64,000 nucleotides of DNA from Squalus acanthias (taxonomy: Eukaryota): the NCBI GenBank assembly GCA_030390025.1, contig CM059432.1, forward strand, positions 101,744,001-101,808,000, written 5' to 3'. The notes under the pieces were generated by a model, which saw only the letters and a program-made list of their open reading frames with translations, did no database searches and was not told the DNA's origin. A program made the translations under genes and the position numbers. This document shows, piece by piece, positions 1-13,064 of the stretch. Every line of letters starts with the position of its first letter. Positions within the stretch are counted from its first letter, which is position 1.

Positions 1-265
1 TGGTCGTTGGATGCGCCAGGTGGTAAGGCAGGGGGCGCCACTCAATTTCCGCTCCGGGGCGCCACAAGGGCGTTGCACCATGGAATGACGTCACAATCTG
101 CGCGCGCAGGTGGTCGCAGCGGTAAAGTTTAGCGCCGCCGCACAATCTCTAGTTAAGTTCCCGAGCGGCGCAAACATCGCTGCGCCTGGGCGTTAGCGGC
201 TTTGCGCCCCATTAGCGCCCTCTTAAGGCGCTAACGGGAGGCGCAACCAACTGAATTTTTACCCC
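1..265 (-). mobile_element. GC-rich Harbinger-type MITE (family A), truncated by window start
   Basis: Reverse complement matches the left ends of copies at 15013 and 57764; ends in TIR AATTTTTACCCC at 265. Confidence 0.75.
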
Positions 266-643
266 ATAAGGTTCTGAGGGGGCTTGATAGGGTAGATGCT
301 GAGAGGATGTTGCCCCTTGTGGTAGAATCTAGAACTACGGGGCATAGTTTCAGGATAAGGGGTCGCCCATTTAAGACAGAGATGAGGAGGAATTTCTTCT
401 CTCAGAGGGTCATAAATCTTTAGAATTCTCTACCCCAGATTGCTATGGAGTCTGAGTCAATGAATATATTAAAGGCTGAGATAGACAGATATTTGAGCTA
501 CAGGGGAGTCAAGGGTTATGGGGAACAGGCAGGCAAGTGGAAATGAGGCCAAGTTCAGATCAGCCATGATGTTATTGAATGGTGGAGCAGGCTCGAGGGG
601 CCGAATGGCCTACTCCTGCTCATATTTCTTATGTTCTTATGTT
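266..643 (+). mobile_element. CR1 LINE 3' fragment
   Basis: ORF2 C-terminal sequence, 3'UTR and TTCTTATG-type tail shared with copies at 4071 and 38373. Confidence 0.9.
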
Positions 644-1175
644 AAGTTGTGTATTAAATGGGTAATACCCTTTGTATCCAACTCATGAAGAAGACCTCAA
701 TAACTCATAAGTGATGCTGTCATTCATGAGTGATGTAGTGCCTCTCACTCAAGGATGAATATATTCGTCTACAGTCTATGTATTTATGTGAAATAATTAA
801 TATTTTATTTTCATGTATCTAATCATGCCATAAAATATTATTGAATATGATTTACAGATAAAGTTTTAGTACTGTGATTTATTTAGATGAAATCAAATCC
901 TTGGGGGCGATTTTCACACTGGAGGTGGGCTTCGGTTTGGGTGGGATCGAAACCCGCCTCCACTGATAATTTTGAAAAAATTGCGATTTTCTCCTGATTG
1001 GCCACTTGATTTCAGAGGTGTGGGTTGCTCTTGGTCAATTAGTGTTTTGGGACTGAAACTCGCCCCTGCTGACATCACTTTTCCAGCCTCATTTAAGGGC
1101 TGCTTGCTGCCTTGGATCCTTCCACTGGATTTCTGCCAATGCTGCACCACTTGCAACATATTTTGAGAAACCACT

Positions 1176-1350
1176 ATGTCCAATTCCAAGGCAAGGGCCT
1201 CCCCAAGGTTCTCGGATGAAGCGCTGCAAATGTTGGTTAAGGGGGTGACAGCTAGCAGGGAGGTGTTCTTCCACTCATCTTGGAGGAAGAGGCCTCCTAA
1301 AGAAACCAAGGCTGTGTGGGTTCAGCTGGCAAGGGATATAACCTCCAGAT
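1176..1350 (+). pseudogene. Harbinger Myb/SANT-like DNA-binding protein, N-terminal remnant
   Basis: MSNSKARASPRFSDEALQMLVKGV...REVFF...W..LA matches the Myb/SANT-like domain of Harbinger ORF1/NAIF1-type proteins; truncated. Confidence 0.8.
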
Positions 1351-1602
1351 CTGTGTGCAGATTGGGTGAATGTTTATGTGTATTGATGAAATGCCATCCC
1401 TGTTAGAAAGCATTAAAATGATTTGATGGGAAAATATTGACGTCATGGCATCTGTTCTTTCACCTTAGGCAGCTCCACATTGTGGGCTCTGCGACACTTG
1501 CGTTGTCAGGTTTGTGGCCAGAGTGAAAGGAGGCCAGAGAGTCATGTCCATTGTCTATGATGTCTTAAGATGGAGCCAAGGACATGTGCCAACTTGGGCA
1601 AC

Positions 1603-2865
1603 CTATGCAAATCTGGCCAGGATAAGTTCATCCCTTGCATCACGGGCAGCCATGTGCTCGCGTGCTGCCGCTGCTGCTGGTCGATAGACTGCTGCTCTCT
1701 CCTCCTCCTCCTCCTGCTGCTCCTCCCCCTCCTGCTCCTCCTCCTCCTCCTCCTCCTCATCCTCATCTGACAAGGGCTGGAACTGAGCCGCTTGCTCATC
1801 AAGAAGCTGCAAGCCACGACGCTGTGCGATGTTGTGCAGTGCACAGTAGACCACGACCAATCTGAAGACCCTGTATGGTGTATACTGCAAGGCTCCACCT
1901 GATTGGTCAAGGCATCAGAAGTGCATCTTCAACAACCCAATGGTTTGCTCGATGATGGACCTGGTCAAAGTGTGGCTGGCGTTGTAGTGCTCTTCAGCCT
2001 CGTTAGCTGGCCTCCTAATCAGAGTCATTAGCCACTTCTTCAGGGGGTAGCCTTTGTCACCAAGGAGCCATCCGTTAAGTTGGTTTGGCGGATTGAGAAG
2101 CGGAGGAACACTAGAGTTCCGCAGGATGAAAGAGTCACGGCAACTACCACAGAAATTGGTGCAAACATGCAAGAACTCCTTCTTGTGGTTACACACCAGC
2201 TGTACGTTGAGGGAGTGGAAGCCCTTTCAGTTGACAGAGATAGCTGGGTTGTGATGGGGTGCCACCTGTGTGCAGTCTATGAGGCCCTGCACCATTTGCA
2301 TGCCTGCCATATTTGCAAAGCCAACCGAACGCACGGTTATACTTGCTTGATCCCTTGAGAACTGGATGTAATTGTGGGCCTCAGTGAAAAGGGCATCGAC
2401 AACCTGCGTGATGCAACTGTGGGCGGCTGACTGGGAGATGCCGCTGATGTCTGCTGATGATCCCTGGAAGGAGCCTGAGGCAAAGAAGTTGAGTGAGGTG
2501 GTGACTTTGACAGCCACTGGTAAGGGGTGTCCACCCGTTCCTCTGGGCACTAGGTCTTGCTGCAGCAGTCCGCAGATCTCTCGGACAACCTCTCACGAAA
2601 GTCTCAGCCTCCTTTGGCACTGCTGCTCACTCATGTTGAGGTAGCTCATCCTCTGTCTGTAAACCCTCTGTTGGGGGTATCTCCTGCGGCGAGGTGCCTC
2701 GATGCGCTGGCGCCTTCTGCCCTGTGCAGCATCAGGTGGCTGAGCAGGAGGTTGGGGCTCCTGCTGCTGTTGCTGCTGAGCTGCCTGGTTCTGCTGCTGC
2801 CGTGGATGCTCCTCATCCGAATCTGAGGTCCATGGTGAAAGAAAATGAATGGTTCCCATGCTGCT
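1603..2865 (-). pseudogene. Harbinger (HARBI1-like, DDE_Tnp_4) transposase, frameshifted
   Basis: Consecutive ORF pieces: LNFFASGSFQ...[56 protein letters not shown]; disrupted by frameshifts and stops. Confidence 0.92.
1697..1767. repeat. (CTC/CTG)n trinucleotide tract encoding the poly-Glu tail of the transposase
   Basis: Direct reading; DEDEEEEEEEEQEGEEQQEEEEE on minus strand. Confidence 0.9.
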
Positions 2866-4070
2866 TACAGATGCCTCTGTTAGGGAAGCGCTTATTGCAA
2901 GCGGGGAGAGGGCCTTCCAAGGAGGTCCGGCAGTTGATAGATTCAAGCTGCAGCACCTCCAACTTCGGAAGGCCTTCTAAAAGTGCTCAAAGACCTTTTA
3001 AAGCAAAGTTCTGCCACCTGCAACTGATCCCTGATGAAATCTCCGATTTAATGTTTGAGCTGCAGCTGTGAGGAGGCCACCCACTTGTCAACCCACCAGG
3101 TTTAGCTGGCGTGGTTTAGGAGGGTCGTGGAACACGCTGAAATGGTCGAAAAATAACGAGGGCCTCTCAAAATAGGCTTAGAGAGGCCCTTAACGAGCAT
3201 TTCAGCCGCTTACCAAGCTCTCTGGCCAGCTGGAGGTGGGACCATTTCCCGCCCTGCAAAACCGGCACTGGCAAAATTGCGCGGAGGCGGGTTGGAGGTG
3301 GGTTCTGAACTCACACTCATTTTTCCTGATTTTCCCGCCTCCAAACCTGCCTTCTCAGGGCTGAGAAAATCACCCCCCTTGTGCCCAAACTAATATATTT
3401 TTAAAGCACTTTCTCAGGCCCTGCTGCACCTCCACTCATGATTGGAAATTAATTGTAAAAGTTCCAATATCACCAGTTCGTCTATATTTTTGTAATGGAA
3501 AAAGAAGAAATCCAAAGCTATGCAGACAAAGTCAGGGCCTCTGAGGACTGGCTACAGGGGACTAAAGGTGAAATTATGGAAACTGAATTCAGTACAGCTC
3601 CACCTCACCATAAACAAAACAAATGAGCAAGACCTACCAAAATGTCTGACTTCTGTAAGGAGTGGGAAAGCCCTAGATTTCAATTTACTCACATGGTGAA
3701 AGCTGCAGCAACATCTCCCATCTGCCCAAATATATGATGAAGTATTCGCTATGTTTGTTGATACTGGCAAATTATTTATGCTCCAGGAATTTTCTCTGTG
3801 CTAATACTGCGATATACACTTCAGGACCTTATTAATTAAGCTAAAATTTCCCATAGGCTATTTTGTCAGATGACAGCATTATGTAAATCTCTGATTCATT
3901 TCCTGAAGATTATTTAAATCCATCTGTCATTTCTTTCTGGTGAAGTATTAATTTGTGGGATAAATATCCAATTCATGGTGTTGATTGTTTTAATCATTGT
4001 GTTAGATTACACTGCATTTGAAATTCTATGAATTCATACAAGAATAGTGTGGCAGTTTCAATGCCAAGAA

Positions 4071-4978
4071 AGCAAGTTGTGCAGAGGACTCAAAGAACCT
4101 GCAAAGGGATAATAGACAGGCTAAGTGAGTGGGCAACCATTTGACAGATGGAGTATAATGTGGGAAAGTGCAAGGTTATACACTTTGGCAGGAAAAATAA
4201 AAAAGCAAATTATTATTTAATGGAGAGAGACTACAAAATGCTACAGTTCAGAGGGACCTGGGGGTCCTTGTGCATGAAACACAACAAGTTAGCATATCGG
4301 TACAGCAAGTAATCAAAAAGGCAAATGGAATGTTGGCCTTTATTTCAAAGGAGTTGGAGTATAAAAGCAGGGAAGTCCTGCTACAACTGTATAGGGTATT
4401 GGTGAGACCACACCTTGAGTACTGCGTACAGTTTTGGTCTCCTTATTTAAGGAAGGATATACTTGCATTGGAGGCAGTTCAGAGACGATTCAGTAGGTTA
4501 ATTCCAGAGATGAGGGGGTTGACTTATGAGGAAAGGTTGAGCAGGCGGGACCTATACTCATTGGAATTTAGAAGAATGAGAGGTGATCTTATTGAAACAT
4601 ATAAGATACTGAGGGGGCACGATAAGGTAGATGCAGAGAGGATGTTTCCCCTCGTGGGGAAATCTAGAACGCGGGGGCACAGTTTCAGAATAAAGGGTCG
4701 CCCTTTTAGAACTGAGATGAGGAGGAATTTCTTCTCTAAGAGGGTCGTAAATCTGTGGAATTCTCTGCCCCAGAGAGTTGTGGAGGCTGGGTCATTAAAT
4801 ACATTTAAGGTGGAGATAGACAAATGTTTGCAAAATAAGGGAGTGAAGGGTTATGGGGAGTGGGCAGGGAAGTGGCTTTGAGCCCAAGATCAGCCATGAT
4901 CTTATTGAATGGTGGAGCAGGCTCGAGGGGCCTAGTGGCCTATTCCTGCTCCTATTTCTTATGTTCTTGTGTTCTTAT
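4071..4978 (+). mobile_element. CR1 LINE 3' fragment (ORF2 C-terminus, ORF 4270-4881)
   Basis: LYRVLVRPHLEYCVQFWSP...LEAVQRRF...RGDLIETYKI...WNSLP; 3'UTR with microsatellite tail. Confidence 0.95.
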
Positions 4979-6197
4979 AAGAAATCCCTATCAGGTGACA
5001 AGTGCAATTATAAAAACAGTACTAGGGTTGTGTCCTCTCTGCCCATCTGACGCCATCGTAACTCTGGCCCATTTTTCTGATTCAGGGTTAATTGACGCAG
5101 GCTCTCAGCTGGATTCTCACCACCAATAGGAAGCTGCCACAGCAACAGAGGCCATTTGGTCAGTGCGACAGTGGGACTGCACCTGCAGCAACCCAAAGTG
5201 GCAGAGAGGGTCAATAAAATCAGGAAAAATATTTCCTACTAAAAAGCAAGAACAAACTCGCAAGTGACAACACATCATGGATGAACAAAGAAATAAGGGC
5301 AACATTGAAACTAAAGAAAAAGGCAAACACTAAGTACACAGACAACAAAGGAGAGGATGACAAAAGGGAATACAACAGGTTAGGAAAGAAGTCAAAAAAG
5401 CAATTAGAAGGCAAAGAGAAACTACAAAATTAAATTTTCAAGAGTTATATAAAAAGAAATAGTGAAGTATTCTACAGACACATAAATAACAGAGAAATCA
5501 AGATAGGGACAGGGCCACTAAGGGATGCACATGACAAGCTCACAGGTAATGATAGCAAAATGGCAGAAATATTAAATCATTACTTTTCCTCGGTATTTAA
5601 CAGGGAGACTAACATGATGGACATGACATTAGAAGAAGAGATCAAAAAAGATATAAAGACATTCAAGACAGAAAGCGGGGAGATAATCGATAAACCAATC
5701 AAACTTAGAGAGGATAAAACCCCTGGTCTGGATGGATTGCATCCGTGCATATTAAAATAAGTTTGGGAAGAGATAGCAAAGGCACTATTACATATATATA
5801 TATATCAAGATTCAGTCGAAAAAGGAATAGTGCCAGAGGACTGGCAGACAGCTAATGTGATTCCTATATATAAAAAGGGAGATAGAGCGAGTGCAGAGAA
5901 CTAGAGCGCAATTAGCTTAACGTCGGTGGTAGGAAAGATAATGGAATCCTTGCTCAAAGATGTAATAGAAAAGTATCTAGAAACTGAAAATATAATAAAG
6001 AGTAGTCAGCATGGATTTTAAAAGGGAAGACCATGTTTGACCAAACTTATTGAATTCTTTGAAGAAGTAACAGAAAGGGTAGATAAGGGTAATACAGCAG
6101 ACGTAATGTATTTGGATTCCCAAAAGGCTTTCAATAAAGGTACCACATAGTAGATTCATAAGTAAGGTCAGAACATGTGGAGTCAGAGGACAAGTAG

Positions 6198-6599
6198 GGG
6201 ACTTAGGGTGAAAGGTAGCATAGTGGTGATGTTACTGGACTAATAATCTGTGAGTTCAAATCCCACCGCGGCAGCTGGGGAATTTAAATTCAGTTAATTA
6301 AATAAATCTGGAATAAAAAGCTAGTATCGGTAATGGTAACCATGAAACTATCGGATTGTCGTAAAAACCCATCTGGTTCACTAATGTCCTTTAGGAAAGA
6401 AAATCTGCCATCCTTACCCGGTCTGACCTACATGTGACTCCAGAGCCACAGCAACTGGTTGACTCTTAAATGCCTTCTGTGGCTTAGTAAGCCATTCAGT
6501 TGTCAAGAAGGCGGCTCACCACCACCTTCTCAATGGCAATTAGGGATGGGCAATAAATGCTGGCTTTGCCAGCAACGCCCACATCCCGTGAATGAAATA
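6198..6599 (+). mobile_element. tRNA-headed SINE (family B)
   Basis: A-box-like TAGCATAGTGG, B box GAGTTCAAATCCC; TSD AAGTAG (6192-6197, 6600-6605) inside the CR1 frame. Confidence 0.85.
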
Positions 6600-6919
6600 A
6601 AGTAGCAGAATGGAGAGCAAGTTGGCTACAAAGCAGAAAACAAGTGAGTTGGGGTTACTCAGACTGGCAAAAGGTGGGAAGTGGTGTTCCACAAGGCTCA
6701 GTGCTGGGACCACTGCTGTTTACCATTTACATAAATGATTTGGACTCAGGAATCGGAAGCACAATTTCAAAATTTGCAGACGACACCAAATTGGGGGGTA
6801 TAGTTAATACAGAGGAGGACTGCAACAAAATATAAGAAGACATTAATAAACTTGCAGAATGGGCATGTAATTAGCAAATGAACTTCAATATAGATAAGTG
6901 TGAGGCATTTCATTTTGGT

Positions 6920-8680
6920 AGGAAGAATTTTGTCAGCGCTCAGAGTGCGGGTTTGGAGGCGGGTCCGCTGTCAAAAATCGAAATGATTGACAGTGGGTTA
7001 GGAACCCGCTCTGAATCCGCCTGCATGTAAGTTTCCAAAGTGTCGGGTCTGCGATTTCAGAACAGACTCGACACCAAGCGACGGGGGAGGCATTTAAGAT
7101 AGTTAAATGCTTGTTAACTACTATTTTACAAGCCTATTTCTATTTTCCCACCTTTTTAACAGGGTTCACGTCATTCGGAGATCACATCAGGTAAGTAGGT
7201 CGGGTTCTCTATATCTCCCCATTGCTGTGAATAGGTGACAGCTGCAAAAGTGGTTTGACAGCTGGTCACTTTCCAATGTCAGAAGCTTGAGCCTTCAGGA
7301 TTTGAAAGACACTTTTGAGCTTTGTGCAGTTTGGAAGTGTTTGGAGTAAACTCTCTATCCACTATCACCTCCTTGGAGCAAGCTCTCTTATCATTGACAG
7401 ATCGCTTCTGTCATCCCAACTTCAGCTGCCATCTATTCCAGCAACATTGGTGCCCTTAAAAAAATCTCACCTTGGTCCTCTGAATCCCTCCAGGATCAGC
7501 CCCAACACCAACATCACCAGGCACACCAACATCACCAACAACAATACCAACCTTCTCTGCAATCACCTGATTCTGCACAGAACACAGGGCATCAGCACCC
7601 AACCACATTGCTGCCCGGGAGGCCAGCGATGGCATCACCATAGCCAGACTTGATGCTGTACACCCTGGCTGACACATGATGCACCAGGTTGACACCACCC
7701 CACACCAGCACCATAAAGCATCCCTACAATGACCAAGCCATTCCTTTTCACACTCATCACAATTGGGGGGTGGGGGGGGGGGGGGAGGCGGGGGGCGGAA
7801 GTTATGTCTGAACATTCACTGGAACTCACGAAGACACTTCCAAAGGTGAGCACAGATCTGTCCAATAAGGTAAAGTCTTGAAAATATAGATTTCAATGTT
7901 TGACAAACATTAACACAAACGTCACATGAACAGTGGCTAAACCACCCAGGTGCCTACCCTTGTGTGTTATTAATTCGTATGCTTGTAGTAGTTGAGGTTG
8001 AGTGTGAGGGATGACTAGTGAGATGGGAAGTGATAATGTAGATAGAGAGGGATGGGTGGAGGTGCAAGGTAAGTTGGTGAGAGTAAAAATGTGCAGGAGT
8101 AGGGTAGTGATGTGGATGTGATGAGTGGCACAGCAGGATGAGGTTGAGTGTGGCTTGGCAGTATGTTTCGTGATCTGCTCAGATCATTGAAAGGTTTGCG
8201 CCACTGCAGCCTGGTCCTCCTGACGACATCCCTGCTTGTGCCCTCCTGTGCAATGTGCAACCAGGTTGCGTTGATATCCTGGGGAGGTCTGTTCCGCCCA
8301 TGGGAAGGGAAGAGAACCTCCCTCCAAGCATATGGAGGGAGTCATGGGAGAGCCTGGGTGCAGCCGTGCACCTTTGTGCGGTGCTCGTTAGTGATTGCAG
8401 CACCTCAATACTGTAGAATACGGACAGCAGAACTGTCAAGATCAATTTGGACATGGTCCTTTAAGGAAACCGGCTGATGAAGTGTCATCAAATGACACGT
8501 CATCAAATGACGTCATCAGACCTGCTTCCTGTTAATTTGCCGGGAACCTCGCAGGGTGGGCTTAACAAGCCCAATCTGGGGAAAATCCTTAAAACAGAGC
8601 GGCTGGAGCCGCAAGCAGGACCGGGACCCACCAATAACCTCTCCCGCCACGATCCCACCTCCGATGGCGAAATCACGGCC
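6920..8680 (-). mobile_element. Non-autonomous ~1.75 kb Harbinger derivative, copy 1
   Basis: Collinear with 25630, 27659 and 41447 copies; Myb/SANT remnant on minus strand (APRLSHDSL...QWRKPFNDLSRS); right end GAAATCACGGCC. Confidence 0.88.
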
Positions 8681-9442
8681 TAATTATCTAAATGGGGTAG
8701 AGGAGCAGATGGATCTGGGGGTACGGATACACAAATTACTAAATGTAGCAACGCAGGTTAATAAGGCCATTTTTTTTTAAAAGCACTGGGGTTCATTTCT
8801 AGAGGGATAAAATTGAAAAGTGGAGAAGTTATGTGAAACTTGTACAGAACCTTGGAGTACTATGAATAGTTCTAGTCTTCATATTATAAAAAGGATGTAG
8901 AGGACTGGAAAAGGTGCAAGAATGATTTACGAGAATTATACCAGAACGGAGAGGTTATACCCATCCGGAAAAATTGAACAAGCTGGGGCTCATTTCTCTA
9001 GAAAAGAGAAGACTGAAAGGTGACCTGATAGAAGTCTTTAATATTATGAAAGGGTTTGATAGGGTAGACATAGAGAAGATGTTTCCGCTTGTGGGGTAGA
9101 CCAAAGCTAGGGGCCATAAATATAAGATAGTCACTAATAAATTCAATAGGTAATTCAGGAGAAACTTCTTTACCCAGGGACTGGTTAGAATGTGGAACTC
9201 GCTACCACAAGCAGTAGTTAACCAACTAGCATAGATACATTTAAAGGGAATCTAGATAAACACATGAGGGAGAAAGGAATAGAGGGATATGTTGATGGAG
9301 TTAGATGAAGTAGGGTGAGAGGAGGCTTGTGTGAAGCATAAACACTGGCATGGACCTGTTGGGCCGAATGGCCTGTTTCTGTGTTGTAACTGCTATGTAA
9401 GACATTTAAAGGGACAGGAGAGGTAGAGAGGGCATTTAATGA

Positions 9443-9905
9443 TAGAATCAAAGAATGATACAACACAGAAGCCCATTCGGCCCAAATTGCTTGTGCTGGC
9501 TCTTTGGTAGAGCTATTCAATTAATCCTGTTCCACTGCTCTTACCCCATAGCCCTGTAATTGTTTTCCCTTCGAGTATTTATCCAATTCTCTTTTGAATG
9601 TTACCATTGAATCTGCTTCCACCACCCTTTCCACAACAACTCGCTGTGTATAAAAAATGTTTCCTCATCTCGGCTCTGGTACTGTTGCCAATCACCTTAA
9701 ATCTGTGTCCTCTGGTTAACGACCCTTCTGCCACTGTAAACAGTTTCTCCTTACTTTATCAAAACCATTCATGATTTTGAACACCTCTATCAAATCTTCT
9801 CGTAACCTTCTCTGCTCCAAGGAGAATAACCCCAGCTTTTCCAATCTCTCCACATAACTGAAATCCCTCATCCCTGGTACCATTCTAGTAAATCACTTCT
9901 GCAGG
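9443..9905 (-). mobile_element. CR1 LINE 3' fragment
   Basis: Reverse complement of CR1 ORF2 C-terminus and 3'UTR. Confidence 0.8.
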
Positions 9906-10410
9906 GGTCCTTCCATGAACGTGCTGACTTTTTCTGCAGTCCCATGAACATGATCCTGGTTGGATTTTACCCTTCTTTAGTTCAGGGGTACGGACATTGT
10001 GCATTGTTAACTCTATATTACCTCTTTAAGTGCCTTACATAGTATTTACAGCACAGAAACAGGCCATTTGACCTAACAGGTCCATGCTGGTGTTTATGCT
10101 TAATGGAGGAGAAGAGATAGAGAGGCACTTAAAGGAGCCCCAAAGAAGAATTTCAGATGAGAGTTTTAAAGCCAACACTGAGGCCTACAAAGATAAGTCT
10201 TTGGGCTATACTGAAGGGAGAGGAGCCCACTACTAGGCCACTCCATTGTGACACTTGAGCAGAAGGAACACTGTTGAACAGCAGGAAAACCTTCTGGGAT
10301 CCCAGGCCCCGCTTCCTCACTGGCATTTGTATGCTGCATGAAGGGAAAGGGCAGCCAATGGGAGTGGTGGGGAGGGAAATTAAGGTCAGGACAGGGAGTT
10401 GGCGATGGAC

Positions 10411-11556
10411 TGTGAAGGAAAAAGCCATATAACCTATTCAGAAAAATACACCATTCTATGAAAGAATTCTGGCCTTATTAAAACATGACAAACTGGGTCT
10501 GGAAATCTAGAAACCTAACTATGAAAAAGCTGTGAAAGCATTCTGGCCATAGAGATAAGATAGTTGTTGACACTGAATCAATAACCTTATTGAAACAGAA
10601 GGCTAAACGCTCCAGTAGTCTGAATCTTTGGGAACAAGACAATAGTTCACCCTGTACAAGGTGTTCTAACTTACATTTTGTAAAGGAGCACATAAAATTA
10701 AGAAACATCTGCCTTCGTAAAAATGACATCAAGTAAAACGCACCTGCTGTTACACTGTTTTTTATGGTAAACTTAGAACACCTAGAGAAGAGACATAATT
10801 CTGTAATGCTACCAGCTGAGGTGACTGTAAGAATTGCAGGGGTCAGCAGAAAAATGACTAGAGATAATTAGCTTACATCAGCAGAAAACCTTACAGGAAA
10901 TACCACTGGAAAAGGGTATAAATATTGAACTCTCAAATGAGATAGTAGACTCGCTTTAAAGGGGCAAGGTGATTCTCGACTTCAGAGGTGGCTCTGTAAG
11001 TCTCCAACTCTTTGTACCTCGGGGATCAAAGGTACTGTATTTGAGTTTGGTGGATATCCTGTAGAAAACTAAGAACTGTAAAACTGTAGCGAAGTTAAGA
11101 TTTGAGAGTAAGGTTCTCTGATAATAGAATTGTAAGCTTTCTCTTTTTGGAACTGTTAATGTTGCGATTGACTCACCAACTGTAAATTACATGTTGGTTC
11201 TTTAATAAATCTATATATTTTTAGAATTGTCTCACATAAGACTTCTGTATCAAACTCGGAAACTTAATTTCTGTACACTCTTTGGTGAGGAGTTGCAGAA
11301 TTCTGAGGGAGTTTTCCGGACCCTCATAATATCCAGAAAGTTACAGTCTAGCTAAACTTATTAAAAGTGCTATCTGGAGAATGGTAACATTTTCAGGTTG
11401 TTCCTTTCCTTTAGGGAGAGATAGTCCGGACCTTTAGACCCAATTAAGCGTCTTTAGGATTCGGCTACCTCAAACTTTAGTTGAAAGTGAATGTCTGAGG
11501 AATACGTCTGATCTGGGGTAACCCTAAAGGGGCTAGGACTAGTAATTATCCCTTCA
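10411..11556 (+). mobile_element. Solo LTR (~1.15 kb) of an ERV or LTR retrotransposon
   Basis: TGTGAAGG...CCCTTCA termini, 4-bp TSD GGAC (10407-10410, 11557-11560), TATAAATA near 10917, AATAAA near 11204. Confidence 0.72.
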
Positions 11557-12057
11557 GGACCTCACAGTCCAATTTTGCCCCATCCACCACTATCTCACCT
11601 GATTTTGGGTGAGAATTCAGATGAAAATCTGACAACTAGAATTATGGTTAATGAATCTTTTTGGACCTACACTTTGCATTTCTGCAGACATTCTGACACT
11701 GAGTTTATTATCAGATAATGGGAGATTTATTTTGTTCATGGAACAACCAATAATTTTCTCACTCACTAAGAGAAAGGTGTAATTGTGAGCACCAGATGAC
11801 TGTAATTTCAGCTTTAGTTATAAGTGTTTTGTTAAAAGGTTAAACAGTAGATATTTGTAGTCGTAGATAATCATACCATGTAGACACATTTGAGATTTCT
11901 CTCGTAACATATTGACGGCAGGACAGTTATTATCAGAAAGTTGCTCGTCACATCTGAAATCTCTTTGGGAAGTTGAGGGTGGACCCAAGTTCCATCAAAA
12001 AGCGACAACTAAATGAGCATCTGCTTCTGCTCCTAAGGCCTTGGAGAATGACATGCC

Positions 12058-12180
12058 ATAGGAACAGGAGTAGGCTATTCAGCCCATCGAGCCTGTTCTG
12101 CCATTCAATTGGATCATGGCAGATCTGTATCTTAACTCCTTCTGCCTGCCTTGGTTCTATAACCCTTAATACCTTTGTTT
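12058..12180 (-). mobile_element. CR1 3'UTR fragment
   Basis: GGAGTAGGCTATTCAGCCC...CCATTCAAT..GATCATGGC is the reverse complement of the CR1 3' stem region. Confidence 0.75.
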
Positions 12181-13064
12181 GACACCAGGCCAGAGATTTT
12201 CTGGAAGTCTCATAACTCTACCAAGTCTATTGACTCCACAGATTGGCCTGTGTGTAAAACAAATAGAAAAGACTTAAATCAGCACTCAACCAGAGGGTGA
12301 ATTGACTGCTCGCTGCTCCAAGAAGGGGTCAGAATTCTGAATTGTTCTCAGTGATGTTCAATCTGTTATCAGTTTAAAGAGGTTATACGCTTTGTTATTC
12401 TATCTTTCAACTGGTAGAGTTAATAAAGCTTACATCTGTCAATATTATTGTGCTGCTTTGACTAAAGAAGTTAAGTCTTGTCATGCTGGGTTAAGCTGAT
12501 CGCAGCTACAGCTGTGTTATAATTCGGAGAGCTGAGTTTTGCGGCTATACTTATGATGACTAAGTTGAGAACTGTATGATTGTAATATGCTGTAGAGGCA
12601 CTTAAATAGCTTGTTAGTATTATGAAGTGTATTGTGACAAGTCCTTAATGTAAAAGGTTCAGAAGAAAAGGACATGGGATTGCTTCATGGTAAGTCTGTG
12701 AGTGTAGCTCGTGGCAAACAATATAGTTCGGGCTTTGGTAACCCCGGTTTACTAATTCCGATAAAAATATAGGCATGAATATAAAACAATATTCCCACTT
12801 CATTCTCATCCAATTTTTTGCTAAAATGTAGCCTTTGCTTTAAGGTAAGCTCATTTAAATTGATAATTCTTATCTCTCCCGCACTGTAACTTTGACAATG
12901 ATTACTTGTGATCACATTTTGGGTATTTTGTAGCGCGTTATGTGACCATATTACAATGTTAAATATTGCTGCTTATGATATTCTGCTTATAACACCACAC
13001 TAACTCTGCTGGTACAAGTTGATTACCTTATTCAGAAAAAAAGACTGCATGTTCTTTGGTTATA

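Larger units (their letters stand above)
903..3377. mobile_element. PIF/Harbinger DNA transposon, decayed autonomous-type copy
   Basis: TIRs GGGGGCGATTTTC / GAAAATCACCCCC, 3-bp TSD CTT (900-902, 3378-3380), convergent Myb/SANT-like and DDE transposase remnants. Confidence 0.92.
5200..9400 (+). mobile_element. CR1 LINE, decayed, split by a SINE (6198-6599) and a Harbinger derivative (6920-8680)
   Basis: Collinear ORF2 motifs: [43 protein letters not shown], then C-terminus and 3' tail near 9390. Confidence 0.88.

Noticed and set aside
1603..2946. Host HARBI1 gene
   Set aside because: Frameshifts and stops, flanking TIRs/TSD and a linked Myb remnant show it is a transposon copy
6206..6275. 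tRNA gene (also at 14100 and 35236)
   Set aside because: A/B boxes belong to SINE heads; no complete cloverleaf
9330..10100. Apparent inverted termini TGTAAG...CTTACA at about 9396 and 10038
   Set aside because: Largely explained by two oppositely oriented CR1 tails; no TSD found
12185..12660. Possible third LTR (AATAAA near 12422)
   Set aside because: No TG...CA boundaries with a matching TSD could be found
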